A stretch of DNA of 63,760 nt, taken from contig JBQTHQ010000008.1 in NCBI GenBank assembly GCA_052389695.1, forward strand, positions 1-63,760, given 5' to 3'. Under the pieces are notes generated by a model that saw only the letters and a program-made list of their open reading frames with translations, did no database searches and was not told the DNA's origin. Origin of the DNA: Bacteroidota bacterium. Its GTDB lineage: Bacteria > Bacteroidota > Bacteroidia > 2-12-FULL-35-15. The position numbers were made by a program, and so were the translations under genes. The first letter of the stretch is position 1; each line of letters opens with the position of its first letter. Positions 7,582 to 17,793 of this stretch are shown in pieces.

Positions 7582-10401
7582 ATGCCAAGAGACAAATCCA
7601 TAAAATCAGTTCTGATCATCGGAAGCGGCCCAATTATTATCGGCCAGGCCTGTGAGTTCGATTATTCAGGTTCACAAGCAGCCCGCTCTTTAAAGGAAGA
7701 AGGAATAAAAGTGACCCTTATTAACTCCAATCCGGCTACGATCATGACCGACAAGGTAACTGCCGAGAATGTTTATCTTTTGCCCCTGGAGGTTAAATCG
7801 ATCATTAAAATATTAGAGGAAAACAAACATATTGATGCCGTATTGCCAACCATGGGCGGACAAACAGCTCTTAACCTCGCTATGAAATGCGATGAAATGG
7901 GCATTTGGAAAAAATACAATATCAAGATGATCGGTGTAGATATTGATGCAATTGAGGTTACTGAAGATCGTGACAAATTCCGTGCACGTATGGAGCAAAT
8001 TGGCGTTGGCATGGCTCCCTCTCATATCGCCAAATCATTTTTAGAAGGAAAAGAGATCGCACAAAAATTTGGTTTTCCATTGGTAATTCGTCCATCTTTT
8101 ACCCTTGGCGGGAGCGGAGGAAGCGTTGTTTACCAGAAAGAAGATTTTGATAAATTGTTGGATCGCGGACTTCACACCTCTCCTATCCATGAGGTGTTAA
8201 TTGATAAAGCGGTACTGGGCTGGAAAGAATATGAGCTGGAATTATTACGCGATAGTAATGATAACGTTGCCATTATTTGTTCTATTGAGAATTTTGACCC
8301 TATGGGAGTGCATACAGGTGACAGTATTACTGTTGCTCCTGCAATGACCTTATCTGACAGTACTTACCAAAAAATGCGCACCATGGCCATTAAAATGATG
8401 CGCAGCATTGGAAATTTTGCAGGTGGTTGTAACGTACAATTTGCCGTTAATCCTGATGATTCAGAAGATATCATCGCGATTGAGATCAACCCGCGGGTTT
8501 CCCGTTCTTCTGCTTTGGCAAGTAAAGCTACCGGTTACCCGATCGCTAAGATCGCTTCAAAATTAGCCATTGGCTACAATCTTGATGAATTGGAAAACCA
8601 AATCACCAAATCCACTTCCGCATTTTTTGAACCAACGCTGGATTATGTGATCGTAAAAATACCTCGTTGGAATTTTGACAAATTCAAAGGCGCGAATCGT
8701 GAATTGGGTTTTCAAATGAAATCTGTTGGGGAAGTAATGGGAATTGGCCGCTGTTTCCAGGAAGCATTACAGAAAGCATGCCAGTCTCTGGAAATAAGAC
8801 GTAACGGTTTAGGGGCAGATGGAAAAGAAATAACCAATCAGAATGAGCTTTTAAAAAGCCTTGAACGTCCCAGCTGGAATCGCTTATTTCATATCTATGA
8901 TGCTTTGAAATTGGGGATTTCTGTAAAAACGATACAAAAATTAACCCGCATCGATCCCTGGTTCCTGAATCAAATTGAAGAGTTGATCTTATTGGAAGGT
9001 GAACTATCCAAATACACAATAGCAACGCTTCCACGTGATCTATTCTATGAAGCAAAGCAAAAAGGTTATGCTGACAGGCAAATAGCACACATTCTGAATT
9101 GCAAAGAAAGTGAAGTATTTAACCGCCGGCAGGAATTAGAAATTAAACGTGTTTATAAATTGGTAGATACCTGTGCTGCTGAATTTCAAGCAAAAACACC
9201 TTATTACTATAGCACCTTCGAAGATGAGAATGAATCCATTGCATCTGACAAGAAAAAAATTGTAGTGCTTGGAAGCGGCCCTAACCGCATCGGACAAGGA
9301 ATTGAATTTGATTATAGTTGTGTGCATGGTGTACTTGCTGCTAAAGAATGCGGTTACGAAACCATTATGATCAATTGTAATCCTGAAACCGTTTCAACTG
9401 ATTTTAACGTAGCGGATAAATTATATTTCGAACCTGTTTTCTGGGAACATATTTATGACATTATTTTAAATGAAAAACCTGTAGGCGTTATTGTACAGCT
9501 TGGTGGACAAACGGCATTAAAGCTTGCTGAAAAATTAGAACGTTACGGGATAAAAATTATAGGGACTGATTATAAATCTCTGGATCTTGCGGAAGACAGG
9601 GGAAGCTTCTCTAATCTGTTAAAAGAACATAATATTCCTTATCCAAAATTTGGAGTGATAGAAGATGGAGAGCAAGCAGTTGAATTGTCACGTCAATTAG
9701 GATTTCCATTGTTGGTTCGTCCTTCTTATGTATTGGGTGGACAAAACATGAAGATCGTTATCAATGAACAGGAACTTGAACAGCATGTTGTTAATTTATT
9801 GAAAGATCATCCGGGTAACCAGGTCTTATTGGATCACTTTTTAGAAAACGCTATTGAAGCAGAATCAGATTCAATTTGTGATGGAAAAGATAATTACATC
9901 ATTGGTATCATGGAACATATTGAGCCGGCGGGTATTCATTCAGGAGATTCCTATGCTGTGTTACCTCCATTTGATTTGAGTGACAATGTGATAAAACAAA
10001 TTGAACAACATACAAAAACAATTGCAATTGCTTTAAAAACAGTTGGTTTATTGAACATCCAGTTTGCGATAAAAGATGAAGTGGTTTATATCATTGAAGC
10101 AAATCCACGTGCATCCCGTACTGTTCCCTTCATCGCGAAAGCATATGATGAACCGTATGTAAATTATGCGACAAAAGTAATGTTGGGCGAAAAGAAAATA
10201 AAAGACTTTAAATTTACTCCACGCAAAAAAGGATATGCAATAAAAATTCCTGTATTCTCTTATGAGAAGTTCCCTGAAGTAACTAAGGAACTTGGACCGG
10301 AAATGAAATCAACCGGTGAAGCTATTTATTTTATTGATGATCTAACGGATGAGTATTTCCATAATATCTATTCGGAGAGGAATTTATATTTGAGTAAGTA
10401 A
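7582..10401 (+). CDS. carB: Carbamoyl-phosphate synthase large subunit (short form without C-terminal allosteric domain)
   Basis: 939 aa with two ATP-grasp halves (IIGSGPIIIGQACEFDYSGSQA and VLGSGPNRIGQGIEFDYSCVH). The protein ends about 25 aa after the second MKSTGE motif. Confidence 0.93.
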   Translation: MPRDKSIKSVLIIGSGPIIIGQACEFDYSGSQAARSLKEEGIKVTLINSNPATIMTDKVTAENVYLLPLEVKSIIKILEENKHIDAVLPTMGGQTALNLAMKCDEMGIWKKYNIKMIGVDIDAIEVTEDRDKFRARMEQIGVGMAPSHIAKSFLEGKEIAQKFGFPLVIRPSFTLGGSGGSVVYQKEDFDKLLDRGLHTSPIHEVLIDKAVLGWKEYELELLRDSNDNVAIICSIENFDPMGVHTGDSITVAPAMTLSDSTYQKMRTMAIKMMRSIGNFAGGCNVQFAVNPDDSEDIIAIEINPRVSRSSALASKATGYPIAKIASKLAIGYNLDELENQITKSTSAFFEPTLDYVIVKIPRWNFDKFKGANRELGFQMKSVGEVMGIGRCFQEALQKACQSLEIRRNGLGADGKEITNQNELLKSLERPSWNRLFHIYDALKLGISVKTIQKLTRIDPWFLNQIEELILLEGELSKYTIATLPRDLFYEAKQKGYADRQIAHILNCKESEVFNRRQELEIKRVYKLVDTCAAEFQAKTPYYYSTFEDENESIASDKKKIVVLGSGPNRIGQGIEFDYSCVHGVLAAKECGYETIMINCNPETVSTDFNVADKLYFEPVFWEHIYDIILNEKPVGVIVQLGGQTALKLAEKLERYGIKIIGTDYKSLDLAEDRGSFSNLLKEHNIPYPKFGVIEDGEQAVELSRQLGFPLLVRPSYVLGGQNMKIVINEQELEQHVVNLLKDHPGNQVLLDHFLENAIEAESDSICDGKDNYIIGIMEHIEPAGIHSGDSYAVLPPFDLSDNVIKQIEQHTKTIAIALKTVGLLNIQFAIKDEVVYIIEANPRASRTVPFIAKAYDEPYVNYATKVMLGEKKIKDFKFTPRKKGYAIKIPVFSYEKFPEVTKELGPEMKSTGEAIYFIDDLTDEYFHNIYSERNLYLSK

Positions 10402-10434
10402 CCTCAGTCCTAACCCCTCTCCTCAAGGAGAGGG
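10402..10434 (-). repeat. REP-like hairpin element, CCCTCTCC..GGAGAGGG..GGTGAGG family, copy 1
   Basis: The reverse complement reads ccctctccttgaggagaggggttaggactgagg. It lies immediately after the carB stop. Related copies are at 13468-13497 and 36073-36106. Confidence 0.7.
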
Positions 10435-10440
10435 AAATAA

Positions 10441-10476
10441 AAATGTCCCGTACTTTCTAAGTACGGGACATTTTTA
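10441..10476. terminator. Bidirectional terminator between convergent carB and the porin gene
   Basis: gtcccgtactt-tct-aagtacgggac is an 11-bp perfect stem. It is flanked by an A-run on the left and a T-run on the right. Confidence 0.75.
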
Positions 10477-10511
10477 TTCAACTTATACTTTTTACAGTAT
10501 TCACGATCTAT

Positions 10512-11612
10512 TTAAAAAGAAACTCCAAAGTTTAAAAGAAGTTCTCTTCGGTTGATCGTATTACCATTATTTACAAATATATCCTGGTCCTTATACATTT
10601 GTATCTGCCTTCCTTCAATACGAAAATAAATATTGTCAGTTGGTTTATATTCCATTCCAAATGTAGCACCCCATAGTTTTAATCCCGTTACTTTACCTGT
10701 CCTGTCAACAATAACACCCGACAGTAATCCTGCTGAATCATAAAACGTGTCGGCTTTTCCATATACAGCAATTTTTTTCTTCAACTGATATTTCAATGCC
10801 AATAATCCGCTATAGATTATTTCGGTTTGAGTTCCATTTGTAATATCTGAATTTTTTTGAGTAGCAAAATCAACGCCTACTTGTATTTTAAGCTTCCCTA
10901 AAAAAACATAATTCCAATATACGTTGTGATATGAACGTGAATGAGAAATTGTATCGGCTATGTCAGGAGTATCATCACCAATATAATTACTGTAACCAAT
11001 ATTTCCTTTCTTATTTAAAGCATAATTAACAAGCATTCCAAAAGATTTTCTATTGTTATTATCTTCAAACATATTATATCCGTTCAATAAAAAAAGCTTG
11101 ATTGACAATTTATCATTCGGATCACAACTTAAGCGAATACCACTTTCATAAAAAGGTTTGTAAATAGTAGTCACTGAAAGTGAACTGGTAATGTTTTCAG
11201 AAGGGAGAAGGCCTTCTGTACCAAGATGGGTGCGAAAGAGGCCTGCATCGATCCAAAGCCTTTTGGTAATACTAACACCTATATTTGCTTCCATAACATT
11301 ATTGAATACTGGAGACCATAAGCTTTTTACAACATCACCATAATGCAAAGTAACCACGCCTCTTACTCTGTCTGCTTTATATTGTGCAGAGATAAGCGCA
11401 ATGTTTAAACCAAATGTTTTATTTCGTGGAGAAATAGAGGCAAATTTTTGATATGTGCCGAAAGCCAGACTATCTGAGTACGAAGCATAGTAGGTATCCA
11501 CATATCCGCTAAGGGTAAGCTTACCGGTAGAATCCTTTATTTGTCCAAAACTTTTTATTGAGCATATAGTAAGTATGACTGCTGTGAAAAGAATTTTTTT
11601 TCTCGTTTTCAT
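10512..11612 (-). CDS. Outer-membrane beta-barrel porin-like protein
   Basis: Probable start is MKTRKKILFTAVILTICSIKSFGQ (signal peptide). Alternating beta-strand pattern and a C-terminal ...LLLNFGVSF ending in Phe, typical of OMPs. The ORF track's start at 11642 is probably too long. Confidence 0.7.
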   Translation of the reverse strand: MKTRKKILFTAVILTICSIKSFGQIKDSTGKLTLSGYVDTYYASYSDSLAFGTYQKFASISPRNKTFGLNIALISAQYKADRVRGVVTLHYGDVVKSLWSPVFNNVMEANIGVSITKRLWIDAGLFRTHLGTEGLLPSENITSSLSVTTIYKPFYESGIRLSCDPNDKLSIKLFLLNGYNMFEDNNNRKSFGMLVNYALNKKGNIGYSNYIGDDTPDIADTISHSRSYHNVYWNYVFLGKLKIQVGVDFATQKNSDITNGTQTEIIYSGLLALKYQLKKKIAVYGKADTFYDSAGLLSGVIVDRTGKVTGLKLWGATFGMEYKPTDNIYFRIEGRQIQMYKDQDIFVNNGNTINRRELLLNFGVSF

Positions 11613-11697
11613 TTGCTTTATAAATTGGTTATAAACAAACATATAGAGATTTAGGCAAATAGCAAAAATTAGTTTTAAAGAAGGATTGTTGAAAAGA

Positions 11698-12774
11698 TTA
11701 TATGACTACTTCTGCTTTCGCAACTATTTCAGTGATTTTATTTCCAACTTCTGTAGTATGATAAAATTTATTAGGATTAATATCCTGCGTTACATATCCT
11801 GCATTGATCGCATCGCTCACAGCATTCTGTATCACAGTACTTTCTTTTTGCATCCCAAACGAACTTTCCAGCATTATTGCTGCAGACAAGATCGACGCCA
11901 TCGGATTCGCGATATTTTTTCCGGCAGCTTGCGGATAAGACCCATGTATAGGTTCATACAATGCCACCTTATCACCTACCGATGCTGATGGCAGCATACC
12001 TAAAGAACCTGTAATGACAGAAGCTTCGTCAGTGATAATATCACCAAACATATTCTCTGTAAGTATCACATCAAAATGTTTTGGCTGTTGAATGATCTTC
12101 ATTGCAGCATTATCCACGAACATTAATTCCAATTCTATACCAGGAAATTGTTTAGCATAAGCCTGCACTACTTCTCTCCACAAACGTGATGTTTCCAAAA
12201 CATTTGCTTTATCCACCAATGTTACTTTTTTTCTTCTTGTCTTAGCTGCTTCAAAAGCTAATTTAGTGATCCTTAAAATTTCATCTGCGGTATAAGAACA
12301 AACATCGAATGCTTCATCTCTTTTTTCATTTCTTCCTTTGTTCCCAAAATAAATTCCACCTGTAAGTTCACGAAAAACAACAAAATCAACACCCTCAATC
12401 AATTCTTGTTTAAGCGGTGAAGCGCCTGCTAAATTTTTATAGCTTTTTACAGGACGAATATTACTAAATAAGTTCAATGCTTTACGCATTGCCAGTAAGC
12501 CTTGCTCGGGGCGAACCTTTGCAGAGGGATCATTATCATATTTCGGATGTCCGATAGCGCCAAACAGGATGGCATCTGCATTTTTGCAAAGATTGAACGT
12601 TGCATCAGGAAAGGGGTTACCTGTTGCATCGATTGCTGCAGCGCCTATAAGAGCTTCTTCGAATTCAAATGTATGATTGAAACGTTTTGCAATTGCTTTT
12701 AAAACATTTACCGCTTGCGTTGTCACTTCCGGCCCTATTCCATCGCCCGGTAATACTGCTATTTTCTTTTTCAT
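11698..12774 (-). CDS. leuB: 3-isopropylmalate dehydrogenase
   Basis: 358 aa. KKIAVLPGDGIGPEV at the N-terminus, NMFGDIITDEASVITGSLGMLPSAS, and leu operon context. Confidence 0.93.
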   Translation of the reverse strand: MKKKIAVLPGDGIGPEVTTQAVNVLKAIAKRFNHTFEFEEALIGAAAIDATGNPFPDATFNLCKNADAILFGAIGHPKYDNDPSAKVRPEQGLLAMRKALNLFSNIRPVKSYKNLAGASPLKQELIEGVDFVVFRELTGGIYFGNKGRNEKRDEAFDVCSYTADEILRITKLAFEAAKTRRKKVTLVDKANVLETSRLWREVVQAYAKQFPGIELELMFVDNAAMKIIQQPKHFDVILTENMFGDIITDEASVITGSLGMLPSASVGDKVALYEPIHGSYPQAAGKNIANPMASILSAAIMLESSFGMQKESTVIQNAVSDAINAGYVTQDINPNKFYHTTEVGNKITEIVAKAEVVI

Positions 12775-12780
12775 ATTATT

Positions 12781-12813
12781 AAGTTGAAAGTTATAAGTAT
12801 TAAGTTATAAGTA
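12781..12813. repeat. Word-repeat tract (AAGTTATAAGT words)
   Basis: aagttgaaagttataagtattaagttataagta lies between leuB and leuD. Related words, in reverse complement, occur at 52031-52077. Confidence 0.55.
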
Positions 12814-12838
12814 CCGCTTATTGCCTGATGGTTATTCC

Positions 12839-13444
12839 CTACTTAACAATTTCCAAATATTTACTATTCTTTTCGTATCCTTCAATATCTTTTTTAATAC
12901 TCAATAAGTAATCAATATCATCATACCCATTTAATAAACAGTTTTTTTTGTAAGGATTGATATCAAATGATTGTTTGAAATTAATTTCAGAAATTTCAAT
13001 GAATTGATCCTGAAGATTCACAATCATTTCTGTATCCTTATTTTTATTTACTTGAGTAAATATCTTATCCAGATTTTCTTGTGATACCTGTATTGGAAGA
13101 ATACCATTGTTTAAGGCATTATTTTTAAAAATATCCGCGAAAAAGCTGGATATCACTACTCGAAAGCCATAATCATATATTGCCCATGCAGCATGCTCGC
13201 GACTGCTTCCACAACCAAAATTTTTCCCGGCAACCAAAATGGTCCCTTTATAATCAGGATTATTTAAAATGAAATCGGCTTTTGGTTTTTTATTAGAATC
13301 GTAACGCCAGTCACAAAATAAATTCTCTCCAAAACCTTCACGCGTGGTTGCTTTTAAAAAACGAGCAGGAATAATTTGGTCTGTATCCACATCCGCAATG
13401 TTCATCGGAACAATCGTGGATCTTATAGTTTTAATTTTTTCCAT
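12839..13444 (-). CDS. leuD: 3-isopropylmalate dehydratase small subunit
   Basis: 201 aa with the [16 protein letters not shown] motif, adjacent to leuC. Confidence 0.92.
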   Translation of the reverse strand: MEKIKTIRSTIVPMNIADVDTDQIIPARFLKATTREGFGENLFCDWRYDSNKKPKADFILNNPDYKGTILVAGKNFGCGSSREHAAWAIYDYGFRVVISSFFADIFKNNALNNGILPIQVSQENLDKIFTQVNKNKDTEMIVNLQDQFIEISEINFKQSFDINPYKKNCLLNGYDDIDYLLSIKKDIEGYEKNSKYLEIVK

Positions 13445-13467
13445 AATAGAAATATTCTAATCCGTCT

Positions 13468-13497
13468 CCCTCTCCTTCAGGAGAGATTGGGGTGAGG
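13468..13497 (+). repeat. REP-like hairpin element, same family, copy 2
   Basis: ccctctccttcaggagagattggggtgagg lies between leuC and leuD and ends 1 nt before the leuC stop codon. Confidence 0.7.
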
Positions 13498-13498
13498 T

Positions 13499-14902
13499 TT
13501 AATTCAATAAAGTTCTTACATCAGTTATGCAGCCTGTAATAGCCGCAGCTGCTGCAGTTAAAGGACTGGCCAGCAATGTTCTTGCGCCGGGGCCTTGTCT
13601 TCCTTCAAAATTCCTATTTGAAGTTGATATACAATATTCACCTGCAGGTATTTTGTCTTCGTTCATTCCCAGGCAAGCTGAACATCCCGGTTCACGCAAT
13701 TCGAATCCTGCATTTTTCAGGATCACATCCAGGCCTTCTTTAATCGCTTGTTGCTCCACCTGTTTGGATCCCGGAACAATAAATGCATGCACATTTTGGG
13801 CTTTTGTTTTGCCTTTTACAAATGCTGCCACCAAACGCAGATCTTCTATTCTGGAATTGGTACAACTTCCGATAAAAACATAATTTATCTTTTTACCCAC
13901 TAATTTCTCATCCGATTTAAAACCCATATATGTTAAAGATTTAGCAAATGAAGCTTTTGCAGAGGGCTCTTTAATTAAATTTTCAAAAGGAATTGTTTCC
14001 GATATCTTTATTCCCATTCCGGGGTTTGTCCCATATGTGATCATCGGTTCGATATCAGCTGCATCAAACTGATGTATCTTATCGAATTTTGCATCTTTAT
14101 CTGTAAATAAAGTTTTCCAATACACTACCGCTTTATCGAATTTATCTCCTTGTGGTGCAAATTTTCTTCCTTTTATATACCCAAATGTTGTTTCGTCCGG
14201 TGCAATCAATCCGCCTCTTGCACCCATTTCAATACTCATGTTACAAATGGTCATACGTGCTTCCATTGAAAGTGAAGTAATAGCATCGCCTGTAAATTCT
14301 ATAAAATAACCTGTTGCACCGCTTGCCGAAATTTTGGAAAGAATATATAATACAATGTCTTTTGACAATACACCATTTTTTAATTTACCATTGATATCAA
14401 TTTTCATGGTTTTAGGCTTTGCCTGCAACAAGCATTGTGTAGCAAATACCTGCTCTACCTCGCTGGTACCAATACCAAAAGCGATCGAACCGAAAGCGCC
14501 ATGTGTGGAAGTATGACTGTCACCACAAACAATGGTCATTCCGGGCAAAGTAATTCCCAGTTCGGGCCCAATAACATGTACAATTCCCTGAAATGGATGC
14601 CCTAACCCGTATAGTTCCACATTGTGCTTATTGCAATTTTTTGTTAGCGCTTCCACCTGTATGCGGGAAAGTTCTTCTTTGATAGGCAAATGCTGATCTT
14701 TAGTTGGAACATTGTGGTCCGCAGTTGCGATGGTGTTTTGGGGGCGGAATAATATTGCGCCTCTTTTTTCTATCCCTGCAAATGCTTGTGGACTGGTAAC
14801 TTCATGGATCAAATGTTTATCAATATAAATAACAGCCGTATTTTCATCCACAGTTGTTACCAAATGCGCATCCCAAACTTTTTCAAATAATGTTTTACTC
14901 AT
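13499..14902 (-). CDS. leuC: 3-isopropylmalate dehydratase large subunit
   Basis: 467 aa with aconitase-family Fe-S ligand motifs [25 protein letters not shown] and NRNFEGRQG. Confidence 0.93.
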   Translation of the reverse strand: MSKTLFEKVWDAHLVTTVDENTAVIYIDKHLIHEVTSPQAFAGIEKRGAILFRPQNTIATADHNVPTKDQHLPIKEELSRIQVEALTKNCNKHNVELYGLGHPFQGIVHVIGPELGITLPGMTIVCGDSHTSTHGAFGSIAFGIGTSEVEQVFATQCLLQAKPKTMKIDINGKLKNGVLSKDIVLYILSKISASGATGYFIEFTGDAITSLSMEARMTICNMSIEMGARGGLIAPDETTFGYIKGRKFAPQGDKFDKAVVYWKTLFTDKDAKFDKIHQFDAADIEPMITYGTNPGMGIKISETIPFENLIKEPSAKASFAKSLTYMGFKSDEKLVGKKINYVFIGSCTNSRIEDLRLVAAFVKGKTKAQNVHAFIVPGSKQVEQQAIKEGLDVILKNAGFELREPGCSACLGMNEDKIPAGEYCISTSNRNFEGRQGPGARTLLASPLTAAAAAITGCITDVRTLLN

Positions 14903-14906
14903 GATT

Positions 14907-16073
14907 TTATTTTCTAACCGGAACTAATTGTATTTGTTGTGCCAATATACCTAAATCCACATCGTCAATTTCCTTCTTTTTATCGGCCATTGCTAAAAAT
15001 GAAGGGTAAATTTCACTAATGGCTTCTCTGCTTACATCATAACCTAACTGCTCCATGCGAAAGCGCAGTGCCGCTCTGCCACTTCTTGCAGTAAGTACAA
15101 TGGTTGAATCCGTTACACCTACATCAGAAGGATCTATGATCTCATACGTTGAACGATTTTTGATCATACCATCCTGGTGAATTCCTGATGAATGCGCAAA
15201 TGCATTGGCACCCACAATGGCTTTATTTGGCTGAACAGGCATTCCCATAAGATCGGAAACAAACTGGCTCAATTCATATAATTTTTTAGTATTGATATTC
15301 GTAGTGAGATCAAGCTCTTTGTGGCTTTTTAATATCATAACCACTTCTTCTAAAGATGTATTTCCTGCTCTTTCGCCGATACCATTAATGGTGCACTCAA
15401 TTTGCCTTGCCCCATTCACGACTCCCGTGATAGCATTGGCAGTAGCTAAACCCAAATCATTATGACAATGAACAGAGATGGTTGCTTTATGAATATTTTT
15501 AACATTGTCTACCAGGTATTTAATTTTTGCACCATATTCTGATGGCAGGCAATAACCTGTAGTATCAGGAATATTCACCACAGTTGCACCGGCAGCTATA
15601 GCAGCTTCAACCAATTGAGCCAAAAAACCCAGATCAGCTCTTCCTGCATCTTCAGCATAAAATTCAATGTCCTCAACAAATCTTTTAGCATACTTAACAG
15701 CTTCTACCCCTTGCTCTAATACTTTCTCCCGGGTGCTTTTAAATTTATGCTGAATGTGGTTATCAGAGGAACCTATACCTGTATGAATACGTTTGTGTTT
15801 AGCATATGCCAATGCATTCACTGCACAATCAATGTCTCCTTTCACAGCACGTGTTAAAGCACATATAGTAGGATGAGTAACTGCTTTTGAAATAGCAATA
15901 ACTGAATTAAAATCACCGGGACTCGAAATAGGAAAACCTGCTTCTATAATATCCACACCAAGCTCTTCTAACCGTTTGGCTACCTTCACTTTTTCTTCAG
16001 TGTTAAGTTTACAACCCGGAACCTGTTCTCCATCGCGTAAAGTAGTGTCGAAAATTCTAACTGTATTGCTCAT
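14907..16073 (-). CDS. leuA: 2-isopropylmalate synthase, short form lacking the LeuA C-terminal regulatory domain
   Basis: Probable start [17 protein letters not shown], with ATG at 16073 (the track's TTG at 16094 is also possible). Has [12 protein letters not shown] and is first gene of the leu operon. It is only ~388 aa. Confidence 0.85.
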   Translation of the reverse strand: MSNTVRIFDTTLRDGEQVPGCKLNTEEKVKVAKRLEELGVDIIEAGFPISSPGDFNSVIAISKAVTHPTICALTRAVKGDIDCAVNALAYAKHKRIHTGIGSSDNHIQHKFKSTREKVLEQGVEAVKYAKRFVEDIEFYAEDAGRADLGFLAQLVEAAIAAGATVVNIPDTTGYCLPSEYGAKIKYLVDNVKNIHKATISVHCHNDLGLATANAITGVVNGARQIECTINGIGERAGNTSLEEVVMILKSHKELDLTTNINTKKLYELSQFVSDLMGMPVQPNKAIVGANAFAHSSGIHQDGMIKNRSTYEIIDPSDVGVTDSTIVLTARSGRAALRFRMEQLGYDVSREAISEIYPSFLAMADKKKEIDDVDLGILAQQIQLVPVRK

Positions 16074-16169
16074 GTTGAATATTATTTTCTTCAAAAATAA
16101 ATCATCACAGCCGGTATTGGAAGTTAAAATTAAAAAATGCTACGACAGCCAAATAAACAATATATTACT

Positions 16170-16186
16170 TATATTTGTCAAATATA
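16170..16186. promoter_or_regulatory. Palindromic back-to-back -7 boxes (TATATTTG on both strands)
   Basis: tatatttgtcaaatata has TAnnTTTG on the + strand at 16170-16177, upstream of the 16223 gene. It also has TAnnTTTG on the - strand at 16179-16186, upstream of leuA. No clear -33 TTG on either side. Confidence 0.35.
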
Positions 16187-16222
16187 CTGTAAATACTGAT
16201 GTCTAAATAATATTAAAATACG

Positions 16223-17788
16223 ATGTCTAAAGTTAAATCCGATAGTTTATTCAACCTGATTAAAACATTATCAAAAGCCGAAAAACGCTTTTTTAAATTG
16301 TATGTTTCAAGATTAAACAACAGTGGAGATAAAAAATTCATTGTATTATTTGATGCTATCGACAAACAAAAGGTCTACAATGAGGACAAAATTCTTGCCA
16401 AAGAAAAAAGCCTGAACCCTAAACAGTTCTCGAACCTAAAAGCACACTTATATTATCAATTATTAAAAACACTCAAACTTTCCAACAGCAATAATCTGGA
16501 AGACATTCAAATTGTAGAATTGCTGGATTATGCCCGTGTTCTTTATAATAAATGTTTGTATAAGGAATGTGTGAAGATGATCGACAAAGCCAAAAAGCTT
16601 GCAACTGAAAATGATCGCTCTGTATTATTACTTGAAATTTTAGAGTTAGAGAAATTGGTGATACCTAAAACACTGGATGTTGGAAATGAACAGCGGGTAA
16701 GTTTTGTTGTTACTGAAACGGAACGAGCAGCAGAAAGCATTAAGAACATCAATATTTTTTCTAATTTATCTTTAAAGCTCAACTCTTATTATGTTCAAAC
16801 AGGATTCAGCAGAACAAAAAACGATCTTGAAAAAGTAACAGAATTTTTCAACACCAGCTTACCAAAGTATGATGAAAAAAGATTGTCGTTTCAGGAAAAG
16901 CTGTATTTATATAATTCTTTTGTAGGGTATTATTTTTTCATACAGGATTTCAAAAATGGATATTACTATGCGAACAAATGGGTAGCGTTGTTTGAAATAC
17001 AACCTGAAATGAAAAAACACAAATTAGAAATGTACATCAAGGCATTAAATAGCTTACTGGCAGTACAAAGTAAATTATACAAATACAATGAGTTCGCAGA
17101 AACGCAAAAAAAGCTGATCGCATTAAAACGTGATAAAGACCTCACATTAACCGAAAATATCAATCTGAATTTATTTAAAGCGATCTATGTGCATGAGATC
17201 AACCGTCACTTTATGCTGGGGGAATTCAAATCCGGAACACGCATTGTGGGAAAACTTGAAAATGAGTTGAATAAATTTATCCCAAAACTGGATAAACATT
17301 CTATTTTGCTTTTATATTATAAAATTGCCTGTTTATATTTCGGAAGCGAAAACTACAGGACCGGATTAAAATGGTTTAACAAGATCACCAATGAGCGGGA
17401 AATAAAATTGCGTGAGGACATTCATTCATTCGCCCGGATCCTTTCACTGATCAGTCATTTTGAATTAAGGAATGATGATTTGGTAGAATCCAATATTAAA
17501 TCAACGTATCGATATTTTACTAAAAAAGGTGATCTTACCATTTACCAAAAATATATATTGGATTTCCTGAAACGTATTTTGGTCGACAGTAGTGAGAGTA
17601 CTATCAAAAAAGGATTTATTTTATTAAAAGAACGCATGCAATCACTTGAAAAAAACACGTTTGAGAAACGTGCATTTTTATACTTTGATATAATTTCATG
17701 GCTGGAAAGTAAAATTGAAAAACGTTCGGTGCAGGAAATAATTAAACAAAAAGCAGGTAAAAAAATACACGGGTACCAACGTGTTTAA
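16223..17788 (+). CDS. Hypothetical helical-repeat protein (521 aa)
   Basis: Long clean ORF, all-helical and TPR-like by composition. No catalytic motif recognised. Confidence 0.7.
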   Translation: MSKVKSDSLFNLIKTLSKAEKRFFKLYVSRLNNSGDKKFIVLFDAIDKQKVYNEDKILAKEKSLNPKQFSNLKAHLYYQLLKTLKLSNSNNLEDIQIVELLDYARVLYNKCLYKECVKMIDKAKKLATENDRSVLLLEILELEKLVIPKTLDVGNEQRVSFVVTETERAAESIKNINIFSNLSLKLNSYYVQTGFSRTKNDLEKVTEFFNTSLPKYDEKRLSFQEKLYLYNSFVGYYFFIQDFKNGYYYANKWVALFEIQPEMKKHKLEMYIKALNSLLAVQSKLYKYNEFAETQKKLIALKRDKDLTLTENINLNLFKAIYVHEINRHFMLGEFKSGTRIVGKLENELNKFIPKLDKHSILLLYYKIACLYFGSENYRTGLKWFNKITNEREIKLREDIHSFARILSLISHFELRNDDLVESNIKSTYRYFTKKGDLTIYQKYILDFLKRILVDSSESTIKKGFILLKERMQSLEKNTFEKRAFLYFDIISWLESKIEKRSVQEIIKQKAGKKIHGYQRV

Positions 17789-17793
17789 TTATA

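Noticed and set aside
16095-16222. Leucine leader peptide / attenuator upstream of leuA
   Set aside because: There is no short ORF with consecutive Leu codons and no alternative terminator/antiterminator hairpins. Only the palindromic -7 boxes are present.
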